The notes below the pieces were generated by a model. The model did no database searches. It was given only the letters and a program-made list of their open reading frames with translations, and was not told the DNA's origin. Position numbers and translations under genes: made by a program. A stretch of DNA of 64,000 nucleotides from the human T2T-CHM13v2.0 reference genome, Homo sapiens: assembly GCF_009914755.1 (NCBI RefSeq), contig NC_060929.1; one strand, given 5' to 3'. Positions 15,919 to 40,375 of the stretch are shown one piece after another. Position 1 is the first letter of the stretch; every line of letters begins with the position of its first letter.

Positions 15919-16788
15919 ATTTCTGCTGCTCTTGTAAGCTAGCCTGATATGCTTTGCCATGAGACATCTTAACATCTTTACTTCGACTCTACAAGGACTT
16001 CCCTCCTGCTCCCACCCTCACAGAGGGAAGAAAATCTGAAGGCAAATGTTATTCATAGCTCAGCACTATTACCATTGGGGTGGGGGGCGGGGGTGCTAGA
16101 CGCTCAGTAATGGCAAAAAGGACGAATTGTCTGATTCTATTTCAAAAAAGAAAAAAGTACTGTTGAAGCGGACAGAATCATCCCACTGGCAGCGTGGCTC
16201 ATCATTACTTATGAATTGGAAATGCAGTGATTCATTTCTGTCTTGCCCTAAATTAAGCCGTCAGGATGGGGAATTTTGCCTAAAATTCAAGCACACAGAG
16301 CAACCCTCTCCTATTTGCCCTGTTGGCTGAAACAGCCCATGAATTCTCTCTACATGATTCCCTGTGTCTGAAAGTGCCAAATTCAGGTCTTCATGCTTGA
16401 AAAAGGTCAGGTTGGAGTGGCGGTAAAAAAAAAAAAAAAAAGGTCCCTTTGGGCACGTATCAAGACTTTTGAAGGCTGCCCTGGCCATGTAGTCATTAGA
16501 CAGGGCTTGCTCAACCCGGGCCTCTCACCTAGACTCCCCTTGGTGCAGGTCCATTCCTTCCTTTCTCACCAACTCATTACAGCGGTGACTTGCAGACAAA
16601 GCTGTTACCCCTCTGCAAGACAGAACTGCTGTCCCCTTGGTCCTTCCTGAATGCTGTCCTTGTTATGCCTGAAACACAGGAATGATTGACCAGGGGAGCA
16701 GGAACCTCCCAATTGCCTCTAATTGAAGTCATTTTTTTCCCCCAAAGAATCAGTGATTCTAGGTTATTTCATCTTTGCAGTAGCTTCA

Positions 16789-17181
<393 letters not shown>

Positions 17182-17274
17182 TCATTTCTAAGCAATCTTG
17201 GGGTTCCTTGTTATTGAGCATGGAGGTAAACCTCATGCCTCTTACTTCAGCTGTCCAGGCCCTCAATTCTTAAA

Positions 17275-17425
17275 GTATCATCCAAGCAACATTGGCATTT
17301 GCAGGGAGTTTGTTACAAAATGCAGATTCTCAGGCCCCACCCCAGATCTACCAAATTAGACTCTGCCTTTTTACAAGATCCTGAGTATTTTGCATGCACA
17401 TTAAATTTGGGAAGCACTGGTCTAG
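17275..17425. mobile_element. MER5-type hAT-Charlie relic
   Basis: aaaatgcagattctcaggccccaccccaga...tttgggaagcactg. Confidence 0.75.
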
Positions 17426-17519
17426 GCAACCACCATGATCCATCAAAATTGGCATGTCCAGTGAAATAAATCTGTTTAATCTGGTCTAAGCTTCCCATCT
17501 TTCATGACTTTTGAGTTGA

Positions 17520-19373
<1,854 letters not shown>

Positions 19374-19684
19374 TAGAAAAGTAGAGAGACGGCAGTACAG
19401 AGCAGTCATGAGGACTGTTTGAAGATGTCCCAACCACTTTCATGTCCAGTCAGTTGAAATAACTTTATAAGAGCCCTTCCTACCCCAACAGAGGAAAGCA
19501 GTAAGAAGCGGGGAGAGAATAGGGCTCTGGTGTCAGAAATACCTGGTTCAAATTCTCTCTCTTCTATTTATAAGCCAAAGGACCTTGGACTAGTTGTTCA
19601 ATCTCTCTGAACTATAGTTTCCTTCCCTGTGAAGGGCACTGATAAAACCATCCTACAGAGTGATCATGACAAGTAAATGAACAC

Positions 19685-19992
19685 AGCTGGGCATGGTGGC
19701 TCATGCCACCCACGTAATCCCAGCACTTTGAGAGGCTGAGGCAGATGGATCCCTTGAGGTCAGGAGTTCGAGACCAGCCTGGCCAAGATGGTGAAACACC
19801 ATCTCTACTAAAAATACAAAAATTAGCCAGGTGTGGTGGTACATGCCTGTAGGCCCAGCTACTCAGGAGGCTGAGCCAAGAAAATCACTTGAACTCAGGA
19901 AAGCAGAGGTTGCAGTGAGCTGAGATCATGCCACTGCACTCCACCTAGCCTAGGTGACAGAGCAAGACCCTGTCTCAAAAAAAAAAAAAAAA
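19685..19992 (+). mobile_element. AluS within a MIR
   Basis: Full Alu, TSD aagtaaatgaac. Confidence 0.95.
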
Positions 19993-20551
19993 GTAAATGA
20001 ACTTGTGTAGTTATAGTCTAGTGGATGATCATGAAATGGTATCTGCTTGTGTTATTAACATTGTCATTACTAGAGAAGCAATGAGTGAGCGTAAGTATCG
20101 AGATGACTGTAACCCAGTTCCTGACCTCCAGAGGCTCATCTGGTGAGAGACATATTCAAATAACCAACGATAATGCAAAGTAGAATTAAGTCTTTGCTAC
20201 CATATAGGTGTCTGTTCAGTTGTTTATCAAAACGCATTTATAAAGTGGCACTGTGCTAAGTTCTGGGGATTCAATGGTGAATAAGACAAATACCGTTCTC
20301 TCAAGGTGTGTGTGTGTGTGTGTGTGCAGATTAATTCAGATTTTCAAGATTGGCATAATACAGAAGGGCTCATGTCAAAATGGGCCTGAAGAATTCATGG
20401 GACCTTGGCCGGCAGAAGTGAGCTCAAGGCTGAAGGAAGGCTATGAACAAATGTCATAAGGACATAGGAAGTTTGGAGAATAGCATGAAAGGAGGGGCCA
20501 AGAAAGGCAGATTATCTACTTCTCTGTGATAAGTGAGAAATGGGTGAAATG

Positions 20552-20737
20552 AATTAGCTGCGTGTGGTGGCATACGCCTGTGGTCCAAACTACCCAGGGG
20601 CCTAAGTAGGGAGAATCTCTTGAGCTCAGGAGTTGGAGGCTAGAGTGAGCTATGATCATGACACTGCACTCCAGCCTGCGCACAGAGTGAGAACCCATCT
20701 CACAAAAAGAAATGAAAGGAAAAGAAAAGAAAAAGAA
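20552..20737 (+). mobile_element. Alu right monomer (AluJ/FRAM-like)
   Basis: Right arm only. Confidence 0.85.
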
Positions 20738-20880
20738 ATTGGTGAAATAAGAGTCTCTCTCCATCCATCCATTCACCCATTCAACAAATATTTGTATAGT
20801 ATTTAAATTGTACTAAATACTAGAGACACAATGGGAGGAAAGATAAAGTCCCTGTCCTCAGGGAAATGAGCAAGGAAATC

Positions 20881-21120
20881 AGGATGGCTGGATGGTTGGG
20901 TGGATGGCTGGATGGATGGCTGACTGGATGGCTGGCTGGCTGGATGAGTGGATGGATGGATGGATGGATGGATGGATGGATGGATGGATGGATGGATGGA
21001 TGGGTAAATAGATGGATAAATTGATGGATGGGTAGGTGGATGGGTGGGTGAATGGACGGATGGGTGTGTGGATGGGAGGATGAATGGATAGATGGATGGT
21101 TGGTAGGTAGGTAGGTAGAG
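20881..21120. repeat. (GGAT)n/(GGTA)n microsatellite
   Basis: Seen directly. Confidence 0.95.
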
Positions 21121-22927
21121 AGAAGGGGAGAGAGAGAGTGAGATCCAAAGAGACCAGGGCCCCAAAGGGCTAACTTTCAGCAAGCAGGCTGGGGCCATCT
21201 CACCTGTTTATGCTTTGTATAGAGAAACAATAATGAGGACCCAAGACCAGAACCCCAAGTTCCAGAAAACTCACAGCTCTTGGTCATGGGCCAAGGAGGC
21301 ATCGACACTCAGGTGACTGAGGCCACTTGTCCATCCCCAAGGCAGGAATGGAAGCAGCATCTACCTGGAGCACAGTGCTGCCATCTAAGCCCCATGCTGC
21401 AGAAATAAACAAACATCCTTAAAGATCAACTGTGGCCATGCATTGCTTCAGTGACAAGCCCCGGACCTTTGGAAGTCGAACCCAGAATCCCCAAGCCCCA
21501 GAAGCATCTGGGACCTTTCGGACCCAGAAGTTATGGCCAAGCGACCTAGGCTAACATCTGTAAACCCTCCTGTCCTCCTCCCCCGTGCCTCATCGAGGCC
21601 CTGCCAGGGCTTCCCCGCTTACCCCATGCTTAGCATAACTTTTATCCCCGAAATCACTGCAGCTGCAAATTAAAATAAGTCTCAAGAAAACACACACATA
21701 TAGTATTAATATTAGGTAATGATACATGATATAAAGATGAAAAAATAGGAAGAGGACATGGAGAGCGATGAGAAGTGTCTCCTTTATGGAGGGGATCACG
21801 GACGGCCTTTCTGAGCAGGTAGTGTTGATCAGACATTTATGAAGTGCAGGGAGAGAGGAGGAGTGTTCCAGAGACAGGAAACTGTGAATGGGGAGGTTGA
21901 CTAGGCCTACCTTAGCCATAGGAGAGAATCCTGCCCCACACAGAATGTCCCTTCCAGAAGCCTGGTTGGTATCAGACACCTTGGGAATGAATCAGCCAGA
22001 GAGGCAATAAAGAGAAACCCACAGTGTGGGCTGAACAGACATGTCCCGCTGCCAAGACGCAAACAAAATCATTTCACAGGGCACAGTCAGCCTCACTGAC
22101 CCCCTCAGCTACTTACCTGGCTCTCCAGAAAAGGCCAAAAAATAATTAGCAGGGTTTTCTGAATAGCAATACTGCTTTTCTCATTCCGGTGTTTCATGGA
22201 GACTCAATAAATGGGAATCAAATCAAGTTGAACTAAGTCCAACGAAATTGAATCCAGAAACCATTAGAGAGTCTAAAATAAAGGGTGGTGTCAGAGAAGC
22301 GGCGTGCACAGGGTGGATGTCTTCAGTGGGAGCCAAGGGAGAGAAGGAGCCGGACCAGGCACAGCCCATGCTCGGGCAGAGACCTGGGAGTGGGGATCCA
22401 AGTGGAGAACACCAAATCATTCTCTGCTGTTCACATTTGGCTCATCTGTAAACCCCATCTAAATTAGTCTTAATTTGCCACTTAGGAGACTAGCAGAGTG
22501 GCTGAACTCACTGCTCACAATGTAAGCAGAAGAGGTAATTAAGATGTAGTCGGGAGGAACACAAAGAACAGAACCTTTTCTCTCCAGTACCCAGTAGCAG
22601 CAAAAGAATGGTGGCTGTTTGGAGACAGAACTCTCTGAATGCAAGTGGCAGCTCCTGAAGCCAGAGAAGGGTCTATTTGTTCTGCCCAAGAATGTGAGGA
22701 CAAAGGAAAGCAACCCAGAGTACTGACTGGGTAGGAGCTCAGAGACATCTGGGCAGGAACACAAGTTAGCCTCCAGGAGCAGGCGGAGGGGGCAAGAAGT
22801 GGTTCCTTCTCACTTACAGGCTGCAAAGCAGCACTCTTTTGAACAGTTACTTTTTAAGGTAATATATGGATGATTGACATACCTGTGATGAAAAGATATG
22901 AGAAGAAAGAGTGTAAAAGAAAGACTG

Positions 22928-23248
<321 letters not shown>

Positions 23249-23355
23249 CTAGGCTTTTCCAATTTTAGCATCCCAGGAAACTCTTCCGTCTTGGACACAC
23301 TGGGATCTATACCCTGCCCCCAGCTCTGCCCTATTCTGAGGCCAGTTCTCTCTCA

Positions 23356-23713
<358 letters not shown>

Positions 23714-23747
23714 CTACTTCTAACCTTGCCAATCACTTGCTGTGTGA

Positions 23748-24095
<348 letters not shown>

Positions 24096-24243
24096 CAGAG
24101 CCACAATTTCTTCATCAGCAAAATAGTAATGATAATAATAGCAGTCACCTTATGGGGTCTTGAAAACTAAATGCATCATGACATGTAAAGTGCCTAGCAC
24201 AGAGCAAAGGCTAATAAAAGCACAGAGCAAAAAAAGCTAATAA

Positions 24244-24555
<312 letters not shown>

Positions 24556-25247
24556 TACGCACTCATTATTTATAAGCAGCTATGGACTTGGAGGTGGGGA
24601 GTTCAAAGATGAAGAGTGAGGACACTGCCTTTGTATTATTTTCTGAGGTATGTGGAGAACGGTCTCCCGATCCACCTTGAAATAGATTCCAACCCTGCTC
24701 TGAATGGCATTGCTTTAGCAAAGCCCCAGATAAAATTTGAGTTCAGTGACCCTCCTAGGCGTGGCCCATGATGATGCATATATCCCCTATCCCTTTCTCC
24801 CTGTTGGGTCTTTGGCTACGAACCCCAGGCACACTTCAGCTTAAAGTCAGATTTTGTAAAGTTTAATTTACCTAAGTGAGGAGGAAGACACAACCTCCTT
24901 CTCACATCATCCTCTTCTCATATTTACACTTAACACCTGAAGGTGCTGCACTGACAGCGTGTTCAGAGGGAGAACGCGCTTTGGCGGTGGATAATCACAC
25001 GCTGTGAAGGACGTGAGGAGAGGAGAGTCATGAGCTATTAGGCGGTGCCACAGTGCCAGCTCCTGCCCAAGCAATTCCCTCTAGACAGACTGTTTAGGGA
25101 GGCTGTTACCAGATAACACCAATTACTTCTAAAGGAGGAGGGGTGTTGTGTTGTCTCAGAAATGCCTTCCGCAGCATGGAGCGGAGTCACTAGAATAAAC
25201 ATTTCCAAAGGGATTGAGGCTCAGAAACCAGCCATGTTAGAAAATTT

Positions 25248-25415
25248 AAAGAAGAGGAAAGAGGGAAAGGGGAGGGAGAGGAAGAGGAAGAAGGGGAGGA
25301 AGAGGAAGAAGGGGAGGAAGAGGAAGAGGAAGAAGGGGAGGAAGAGGAAGAAAGGGAGGAAGAGGAAGAATAGAAAGAAAAGTAAGAGGAAGGAAGAAGA
25401 AGAGAAAGAAGAACT
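25248..25415. repeat. Polypurine tandem repeat (GAGGAA/GAAGGG units)
   Basis: Seen directly. Confidence 0.9.
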
Positions 25416-25580
25416 ACAAGAACTAGGACATAAGGATTGCTGTTCATGGGAATGGCCATTGAAATTCCTGGTCACAGAGGCAGGAGGGCTCTTAACATCA
25501 CTTTCACCTCCTCAAGGGATCCTGAGCTAGGGAGAGAGAGATCCCTGGAGGAAAAAGATCCCAATGAGGAGAGTCTTCTA

Positions 25581-26060
<480 letters not shown>

Positions 26061-26124
26061 TTAATTCTTCCAATTCAGAGGAGAAAGTCTCACTTGATGC
26101 TGGTATGTATTTACACCTCATTAA

Positions 26125-27557
<1,433 letters not shown>

Positions 27558-27849
27558 TCAAACCTGTTTCTTAAATGGACTATTGTTATGTGTGTAGATG
27601 CCAAGTCTTTCAATGACTAGTCTGTGCCCAAGGAAGGTGGATAGATCAAAGCTCCCAGATTCCTTCTCCTTAGAGGGTTCTTATATATCCATATTTTTGG
27701 CAGCAATGTCAACGTTAAATACCTCACAGTAGTCCCAGGGCAGAAGGTAGTTATGCCTGAGCCCCTTCAGAAGTGTGTTCTTAGGCACAGACAGATCCAC
27801 TGTCACACTACTACTAGTCAGGGTAGCTCTTGCCACATATGTCCTGTGC

Positions 27850-28744
<895 letters not shown>

Positions 28745-28929
28745 AGCTCCTGATTGAAAGGCTCACTCAGGTTGCTGTGCTGATAAGGAATGTGGGGTGC
28801 AGAGCGGAAGCATGGAGGCCAGTTAGACATCCCTCGGGAGGTGCTGAACTGAGTAGAGGCAGTGGAAGTGGCGAGAGGAGACACATACTCAGGACCTATT
28901 GTGAAAGTAAAAGTAAAGGATTTAGCTGC

Positions 28930-29720
<791 letters not shown>

Positions 29721-29731
29721 GGAAATGATTA

Positions 29732-30525
<794 letters not shown>

Positions 30526-30669
30526 TCAGTGCAGTGGCCCCAGTCCAAAAGGCCTGCACAACAGTAAGAATCATCACTTATCCCTCCAGTCCATCCTGTA
30601 TATCCAGCCTCTAAACACACTGCGTGGCCTGTGATAGATGCTCCCTTAAACACTTGCTAAATAAAGGAG

Positions 30670-30895
30670 TTGATATTTATTGAGCAGTTAATGTGCCAGG
30701 CACTGCGAAAAGCCTTTTATGTGGATTTTCTCCTTTGATCCTCATAACAACCCAATGAGACCGACACAATTATTATCCCAATTCATATCTGAGGAACCTG
30801 AGGCTCAGAGTGGGGCTGGGACTTGCCCAAGGTCACACAGCCAGGGGATTCGAAGCTAGATCTGTCTTACTTGAGCAAGGGTCTTCTTAATCACC
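30670..30895 (-). mobile_element. MIR
   Basis: cctcataacaaccc...gaggctcagag...acttgcccaaggtcacacagc. Confidence 0.8.
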
Positions 30896-31079
30896 ACATG
30901 GTGGTTATCAACTGACCAAGTTTGATATCTGCTTCCTAAAACCCATGTATGGAAGCCCTGGGTCTGGACTCAGGAGACAGTCATAAGCTCTTCCTCCCTC
31001 CCCTTTGGGCCCTACACCCAACCACCCATTTTATTTTGTTCTCTCTTTAAGCTCTGCTGCTGCTCTCCATCCATCATGA

Positions 31080-31274
<195 letters not shown>

Positions 31275-32207
31275 TGATTGTCATCATTCCCTTTTGCAAA
31301 CAGAACCTCATGGGAGCCAGGGGCATGTCAGCGCAGGAAAACATTGGAGCTGGGTATAAAAGGTGCAGGACACATTGAGACTTCCCAGGAAAGCGAATGT
31401 CAGTGCTGTCGCCTGTCTGGCACAGCACATATTTCTTCCCAACTTCGATTATTGCCTTAATTGTGGTATCATTATCTGTTCAGTAGAATACCTTTGAGTC
31501 ACTCCTTGATTAACAACAGCACAGAGAAATCTAGCAGCAACCTACCATCTGCACTGCCTATAAGATCATAACCCTTTCAGCTTTTATGGGACGTCATAAA
31601 ACTGTGGTTTGCAGTTTCTGTCCCATTAAAGAACATTTTTATGCCCCACATAAAACCTCGGCGCTTTATGGCCAAGCATATACAGATTGAGTTTTCAGAA
31701 CATAATTTGTGCTTGGGTCTTTCTGCGATGACCGAGGGGTGGTCAGTTTCCATCTGGGTGCAGCTGAGACCTCTGCTACAATCAGATGGGAGGCGTTCAG
31801 ATAACCCCTGCTACAGAACCGGCGCTCAGCACTATCAAAGTCTGAAAGGTCTCAGCTGCTCTGAATAATTGTCCAGATTGTGTAACTATAGAGAGGCAAG
31901 GAGGAGCTGCTGGGTAATTGAGAACAGCGTTCACTCAGTCCTGCCCCTTGGGGACCACTCAGTGGATGAATAGCCATCATTTCTCTCATTTATCTAAGTG
32001 CCGTTACCTCCCAAACGCAGCCTCTCCCATTATCCCAGCCTGTCCCCCAACCACCAATTGAGACAAGTTGTAATTTGCGAGTGGAGAACTCAAGGCCAAG
32101 GAGATAATGGTGATTTCATCCCCTGCAGAACCAGGGTGAGGATCCAAAACAACTGCCTCAAAGCCAGGGGATATTCCCTCTGGCCCTCAAAGCCTGACTC
32201 TCTCAGC

Positions 32208-32372
32208 CTGGTGCTTCTCAAATGTTCATATGCACACAGATCACCCAAGGCATCTTGTTCACACGTAGCCTCTGACTCAGTAGTTCTGGAGTGAGGCCTG
32301 AGATTCTGCTTTTTGAACAGGGCAGGTCCCAGTGATTCCTCTGCTGCTGGCTATACTTTGAGTGGCAAGGTC
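32208..32372. mobile_element. MER5A
   Basis: gtgcttctcaaa...tctgactcagtag...gcctgagattctgc...actttgagtggca. Confidence 0.8.
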
Positions 32373-32662
32373 TTAACCCAAGGAAGTTAATGAATATCCA
32401 AGTCATTGGCCTCCAGGAAATCTAGCTTACAGTGGTGGGGTTCGAGGCTGTTCAAATCAACATCCTGCCCTTCGCATCAGGACATTCCTGGGTCTAAAGC
32501 GGGCAAGGCAGTTGCCAACCATCAGAGTACAGAACAGGGCACTTCCCGAGTGGTGGCATGACCCGGTAAGTGTGTAGGTCCAGGTGCCCATGCCAGCAAA
32601 GGGTGAACCTCCTTTACCATTTTTTTAGTTAGTGGCAATTGCAAGATGGACAGACCACACCA

Positions 32663-33641
<979 letters not shown>

Positions 33642-34990
33642 CAAAATAATCTGCTGCCATTCCTTGTCTGAATGGCTCAGCAGGAGTAACTGTTATCTCC
33701 TCTCCTAAGGAGATGAAGACCTAACAGGGGCACTGCGGCTGGGCTGCTTTAGGAGACCAAGTGGCAAGAAAGCTCACATTTTTTGAGTTCAAATGCTACT
33801 GTCCAAGCGAGAAGTCCCTCATCCTGAAGTAGACTAAAGCCCGGCTGAAAATTCCGAGGAAAACAAAACAAACGAATGAATGAACAGACACACACAATGT
33901 TCCAAGTTCCCCTAAAATATGACCCACTTGTTCTGGGTCTACGCAGAAAAGAGACGCAAAGTGTCCAAAAGGAACAAAAGAACAAAAACGAATAAGCAAA
34001 GAAGAAAACAAACAAAAACAAAACAAAACAAACACACGGACCGATAAACAAAGAAGCGAAGATAAGAAAGAAGGCCTCATATCCAATTACCTCACTCATT
34101 CACATGTGAGCGACACGCAGACATCCGCGAGGGCCAGCGTCACCAGACCAGCTGCGGGACAAACCACTCAGACTGCTTGTAGGACAAATACTTCTGACAT
34201 TTTCGTTTAAGCAAATACAGGTGCATTTAAAACACGACTTTGGGGGTGATTTGTGTGTAGCGCCTGGGGAGGGGGGATAAAAGAGGAGGAGTGAGCACTG
34301 GAAATACTTTTTAAAGAAAAAAAAACATGAGGGAATAAAAGAAATTCCTATCAAAAATCAAAGTGAAATAATACCATCCAGCACTTAACTCTCAGGTCCC
34401 AACTAAGTCTGGCCTGAGCTAATTTATTTGAGCGCAGAGTGTAAAATTTAATTCAAAATGGTGGCTATAATCACTACAGATAAATTTCATACTCTTTTGT
34501 CTTTGGAGATTCCATTGTGGACAGTAATACGCAGTTACAGGGTGTAGTCTGTTTAGATTCCGTAGTTCGTGGGTATCAGTTTCGGTAGAGGTGCAGCATC
34601 GTGACACTTTTGCTAACAGGTACCACTTCTGATCACCCTGTACATACATGAGCCGAAAGGCACAATCACTGTTTCAGATTTAAAATTATTAGTGTGTTTG
34701 TTTGGTCCAGAAACTGAGACAATCACATGACAGTCACCACGAGGAGAGAAAATTTAAAAAATAAAAATAAAAACAAAAAAAATTTTAAAAATTAAAAAAA
34801 CAAAAATAAAGTCTAATAAGAACTTTGGTACAGGAACTTTTTTGTAATATACATGTATGAATTGTTCATCGAGTTTTTATATTAATTTTAATTTGCTGCT
34901 AAGCAAAGACTAGGGACAGGCAAAGATAATTTATGGCAAAGTGTTTAAATTGTTTATACATAAATAAAGTCTCTAAAACTCCTGTGGACA
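33642..34990 (+). other. TENM2: TENM2 3'UTR (end approximate)
   Basis: Repeat-free sequence after the stop codon, ending in AATAAA plus a GU-rich downstream element. Confidence 0.8.
34963..34968 (+). terminator. Probable main polyadenylation signal AATAAA
   Basis: AATAAA followed ~25 nt later by ctggtcttgtgtgg (GU-rich); Alu-containing DNA resumes shortly after. Confidence 0.75.
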
Positions 34991-35010
34991 CTGGTCTTGT
35001 GTGGAAATGA

Positions 35011-35413
<403 letters not shown>

Positions 35414-36081
35414 GGAGGAGCTTTTGTTAGAGGTATCTTAGTGCTCCCCAATTCTAGAGCTAACTCTGCCTGCATATGCAGCCTTTTCTCTGCATGGAGC
35501 AGAGGTGGACAGTCTGCATGTGGTGTGGGTGGGCAGTGAGGACCCTCAGAGCCTCCCCAAGCATGGACAGATCCCTCTAGCCTTCCTGGGACATTCAGGC
35601 TCCTCCCTGCAACCACATTCTAGTTCTGAGAGATGCTGGCAGAAATTAAAGGGGAGCATTCACTACACCGGGAGACGCGTGCACGCGCATGTGTGTGTGT
35701 GTGCGCTTTCATATTTCTTTCCAGACTACATCAACTTACCCCAAATCTTGCCTATTTGGGACAACCCAATAAGAAAAGCACTGCTGGTTTGGATAACTTT
35801 TGTTTTACATCACTCCTAAAGTTAGAATAATACTATCATTAATTGCTAACATTTATTGGTGCTTACTTGGTGCCCAGCATAGTGCTAAGGGCTCTGCATG
35901 CAATATTTTAGTTCGTCCTCACGTTTCATTCATTCAATGACATTTTCTTGAGAGCTTCCCTCGTGCCAGGGGGAAGTTCTGGGCTAAGTTCTGGGTAAGA
36001 GAGGTGAGTAGACACCCATGGGCCCTTGCCTCATGAAACTATGGGCAGGAGTGGACAGACAGTAGGAAAAGCATGGCATCA

Positions 36082-36481
<400 letters not shown>

Positions 36482-37618
36482 TTATGTGCAAAGCAATAAA
36501 GTTGTGAGTTTTGATTTCATAAAAAGTGCTGTGGCTGCAGTGTGGAGGACAGGGAGGGGAAGCCAATGTGGTCACCTAGGTGAGATGAAGGAGGAGGCCA
36601 AGAAAGCCATCAACCTAAGCTAAAGCTAGTTTTTAAAAAATTGACTGGATGCATGCCCCGGATGAGCTCCTAGTATCTTTCACTTTGGAGGTGAGAAATC
36701 TGAGGCCACCATCACCCAGCGGGTAAGTGGTGGGATCAGATTCCAGCCCAGCTGTGGCCAATTCCAAACCCTCTCCAGGAAGTCTAAGGCCTCCTGTGGT
36801 CCCATCACCCACAGGTGGAAGGAAAGAAAGAGAGAAGCAGGGCTGGCCTGCTTGAACCCAGGTACCGGACTTCACAAGCCCTCCTAGCGTCACTAGCAGA
36901 GCCAGTGATGACTTAGTAAAGCAAGCAGGCAATGAAAATGGCCCAGAGCACTTCCCTCTGGAAGGACATGTGAACAGCCGCATCTCCCCAGGGCCATGAG
37001 TTTGGGCTGTTTCCCTTCAGGAGGAGGATGGGAAGCAGGAGACAGACAGCTTCTCTGTCTTTGAGTTGCTTGGGCCCAGCTGCTGCCTGCCTTGTTTAAT
37101 CTGGCTGGTGTCAGGAGTACTTGGAGAAATCTCACAGAACAGCTTCCAGTGGGTCATGAGGACCGCTCAAATCTTGGTTTGGTGGGAGCTTCGTGCGGAC
37201 TGGCCACTGTGTTTTATCCTCCTGCAGTAGATGCAGCCAGCAGTGCCCACCAGGACAGGGAGTTCACGCCAGGCCAGAAGCCGGGGGATCTCACTCGGCC
37301 TGTGGCTTCTCTGCCCCATCCAGCCTCTTGGGTAGACCCAAAGGGTGATAGACCCAAAGGGTGGGCAAATAGTGTGTCACAAAGGGAACCACATGTCACC
37401 AGAATGCCACCCAGGCCTGAAACTCTCCTCTTTTGGTTTAACCATCTTTCAATTATCCATGGGTTTTCTGCTACACCTAGGCCAGGCTCTTATAACACAC
37501 TACACAAACACATATTAAGGGAGAAGGAAACAGGCTCGGGGCAGAAATCCTTTCCCGCCTTTCCATGGGCCAGTCCTTGCATGACCAGGACAGACTGATA
37601 CAGAATTCTGGAAAGGCG

Positions 37619-37920
37619 GGCCGGGCGCAGTGGCTCATGCCTGTAATTCCAGCACTTTGGGAGGCCGAGGCGGGCAGATAACAAGGTCAGGAGATCGAGA
37701 CCATCCTGGCTAACATGGTGAAACCTCATCTCTACTAAAAATACAAAAAATTAGCCGGGCGTGGTGGCGGAGGCCTGTAGTCCCAGCTACTCGGGAGGCT
37801 GAGGTGGCAGAATGGCGTGAACCCAGGAGGCAGAGCTTGCAGTCAGCCGAGTTCGCGCCACTGCACTCCAGCCTGGGCGACACAGCGAGACTCCATCTCG
37901 AAAAAAAAAAAAAAAAAAAA
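37619..37920 (+). mobile_element. AluY with 17-bp TSD agaattctggaaaggcg
   Basis: Y diagnostics, perfect TSD. Confidence 0.93.
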
Positions 37921-38172
37921 GAATTCTGGAAAGGCGGTACAGCCTATGGGTTAGTGAAGATCATGCACTCTGAAGTCAGACCACCTAGGAACCAGTCCTG
38001 ACTCTACCACTCACTAAACGAACATGGAAACTTGGGAAGGTCACATGTGCTAATTAAGGTAAATATCATACGCTGTGTTAAGAGATAAACTCAAGTTAGC
38101 AGAAGAAAAGCTTCTCACTTATATAATAGTCCATCATTGGTCAGGGATGAGGATGGCTGCTTTGATGATTAA

Positions 38173-38521
<349 letters not shown>

Positions 38522-39033
38522 TCATTTTTATTATTTTAGAAACTTTCTTCCAAACACTGATTTTTCTAAGAGTAGAAATTGAAGCATAACAATTTTCACA
38601 GGGGGAGAGATTTGTATGCGGGAGCTGGGAAGATGGAGAAAGATCTTCCCTCAAATCTCATGTCCTCAAGAGCAATCTCAGCTTCTCCCCTCTCCTGGGC
38701 CTGGGTAACTTGAACAAGTACTTTCAGTGTGTGGACCTTCTTCATGGCTTCAAGGGCTTTTCAGAAAGGGTGACATCTGGAAAGTGGAGGGTCTCAGCCA
38801 TGTGAAGACTAGCCATGTGAACAAGGGACATCTGTTCAGGCATTCTACTTTCAGAGTCACCAAGCACAATTTTGTCCCTGGCACTGTCAGAAGCTGGGAA
38901 GACAAAGATAAATAAAACATGGTCTAAAGTGTGAGACAAACTCACAAGCCAATCAATCACTACAGCACAGTAGGCTCAGGGCTGGCACACAAGTGATGAG
39001 CAAACACATGATGTCCAGAGGACAGGAGTATGA

Positions 39034-39390
<357 letters not shown>

Positions 39391-40357
39391 TAAGAGAATG
39401 CAAGACAGACAAGGCAGGAGGGGGTAGCAGGAAGGAGAAGAAATATGCAAAGAGACAGGTGAGAAGTTCAGAGAGGCCGGGGCAGGTGCTAAGGATTAGA
39501 ACCACCGGCGAGCGCGCTAGACACGGGTCCCAGGCCAATTAGATCAGGACCTCTGGAAGAAAGGTCTGATCGTGGGTAGGTGAGTTTCACCTGCAGCCCG
39601 AAATGAGGAGCAGGGGATTGGAGCTCAGCGGGAAGGGCACAGCCAGAGATGAGGTTTGTTGGAGGGAAGGAGGCAGGAATAACAGTCAGGCTAAGAAGCT
39701 GGGTATTCTCCTGCCAGGTCATGAGGGACATCAGTGTGACTCTTGTACATAGGGAGAAACACGATTAGGGAATCTTTGGGTTTGCAAAGTGGAGAGAGAA
39801 GAGTGGCAGAAGGCCCAGAGCCCGGGAGAATCTGCAACAGTCTGGATGAGGGCTTGAAGGAAGGCTGGGGCGGTCAGAACAGAGGGAGAGCTCCTCAAAC
39901 CGGCTCAGATTTGGGAAATGAGGACGAGGTTCTGTAACTTGCCCAGAGTTGGGGACAGGGTCTATACGGGGTGGAACACCGAGAACAGATCCCGGCCAAG
40001 GATCCTCTCTCCAGTGCATGCACCATTCCTTCTCCTTCGCCTCTCCCTCCTCCACGACCAGCCAGGTGAAACAATTAGGGAGAAGGGATATTCTGATTAC
40101 TTACTTACTTCAGTGATCCTCTGACCACACCAAGTGGCGACTTTCCAGGAAAGTTCTGATTCAGCACGCTCACACCCAAGCCCCGCCTTCCACCCTGAGG
40201 AGGCAGGTGGGCAGCCTGTAAGGCGCCATTCCCCAGCACCCGCAGCGGGCACTGTGGCTGCACGCCGCCCTCGGAAAGCAAGGCTGCACCAGCTGCTCCA
40301 CAAAGCCCCTCCCTCACCAGCCCTCGCCTCCTCCCGGCAAATGTTGGGTTTGCCATC

Positions 40358-40375
40358 TGGCCACGAGGTGGCAGC
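40358..40375 (+). promoter_or_regulatory. Candidate CTCF site
   Basis: TGGCCACGAGGTGGCAGC closely matches the CTCF core, within a CpG-retaining non-repeat segment. Confidence 0.55.

Noticed and set aside
20803-21198. P/S/H/I-repeat ORFs
   Set aside because: Translation of the (GGAT)n microsatellite
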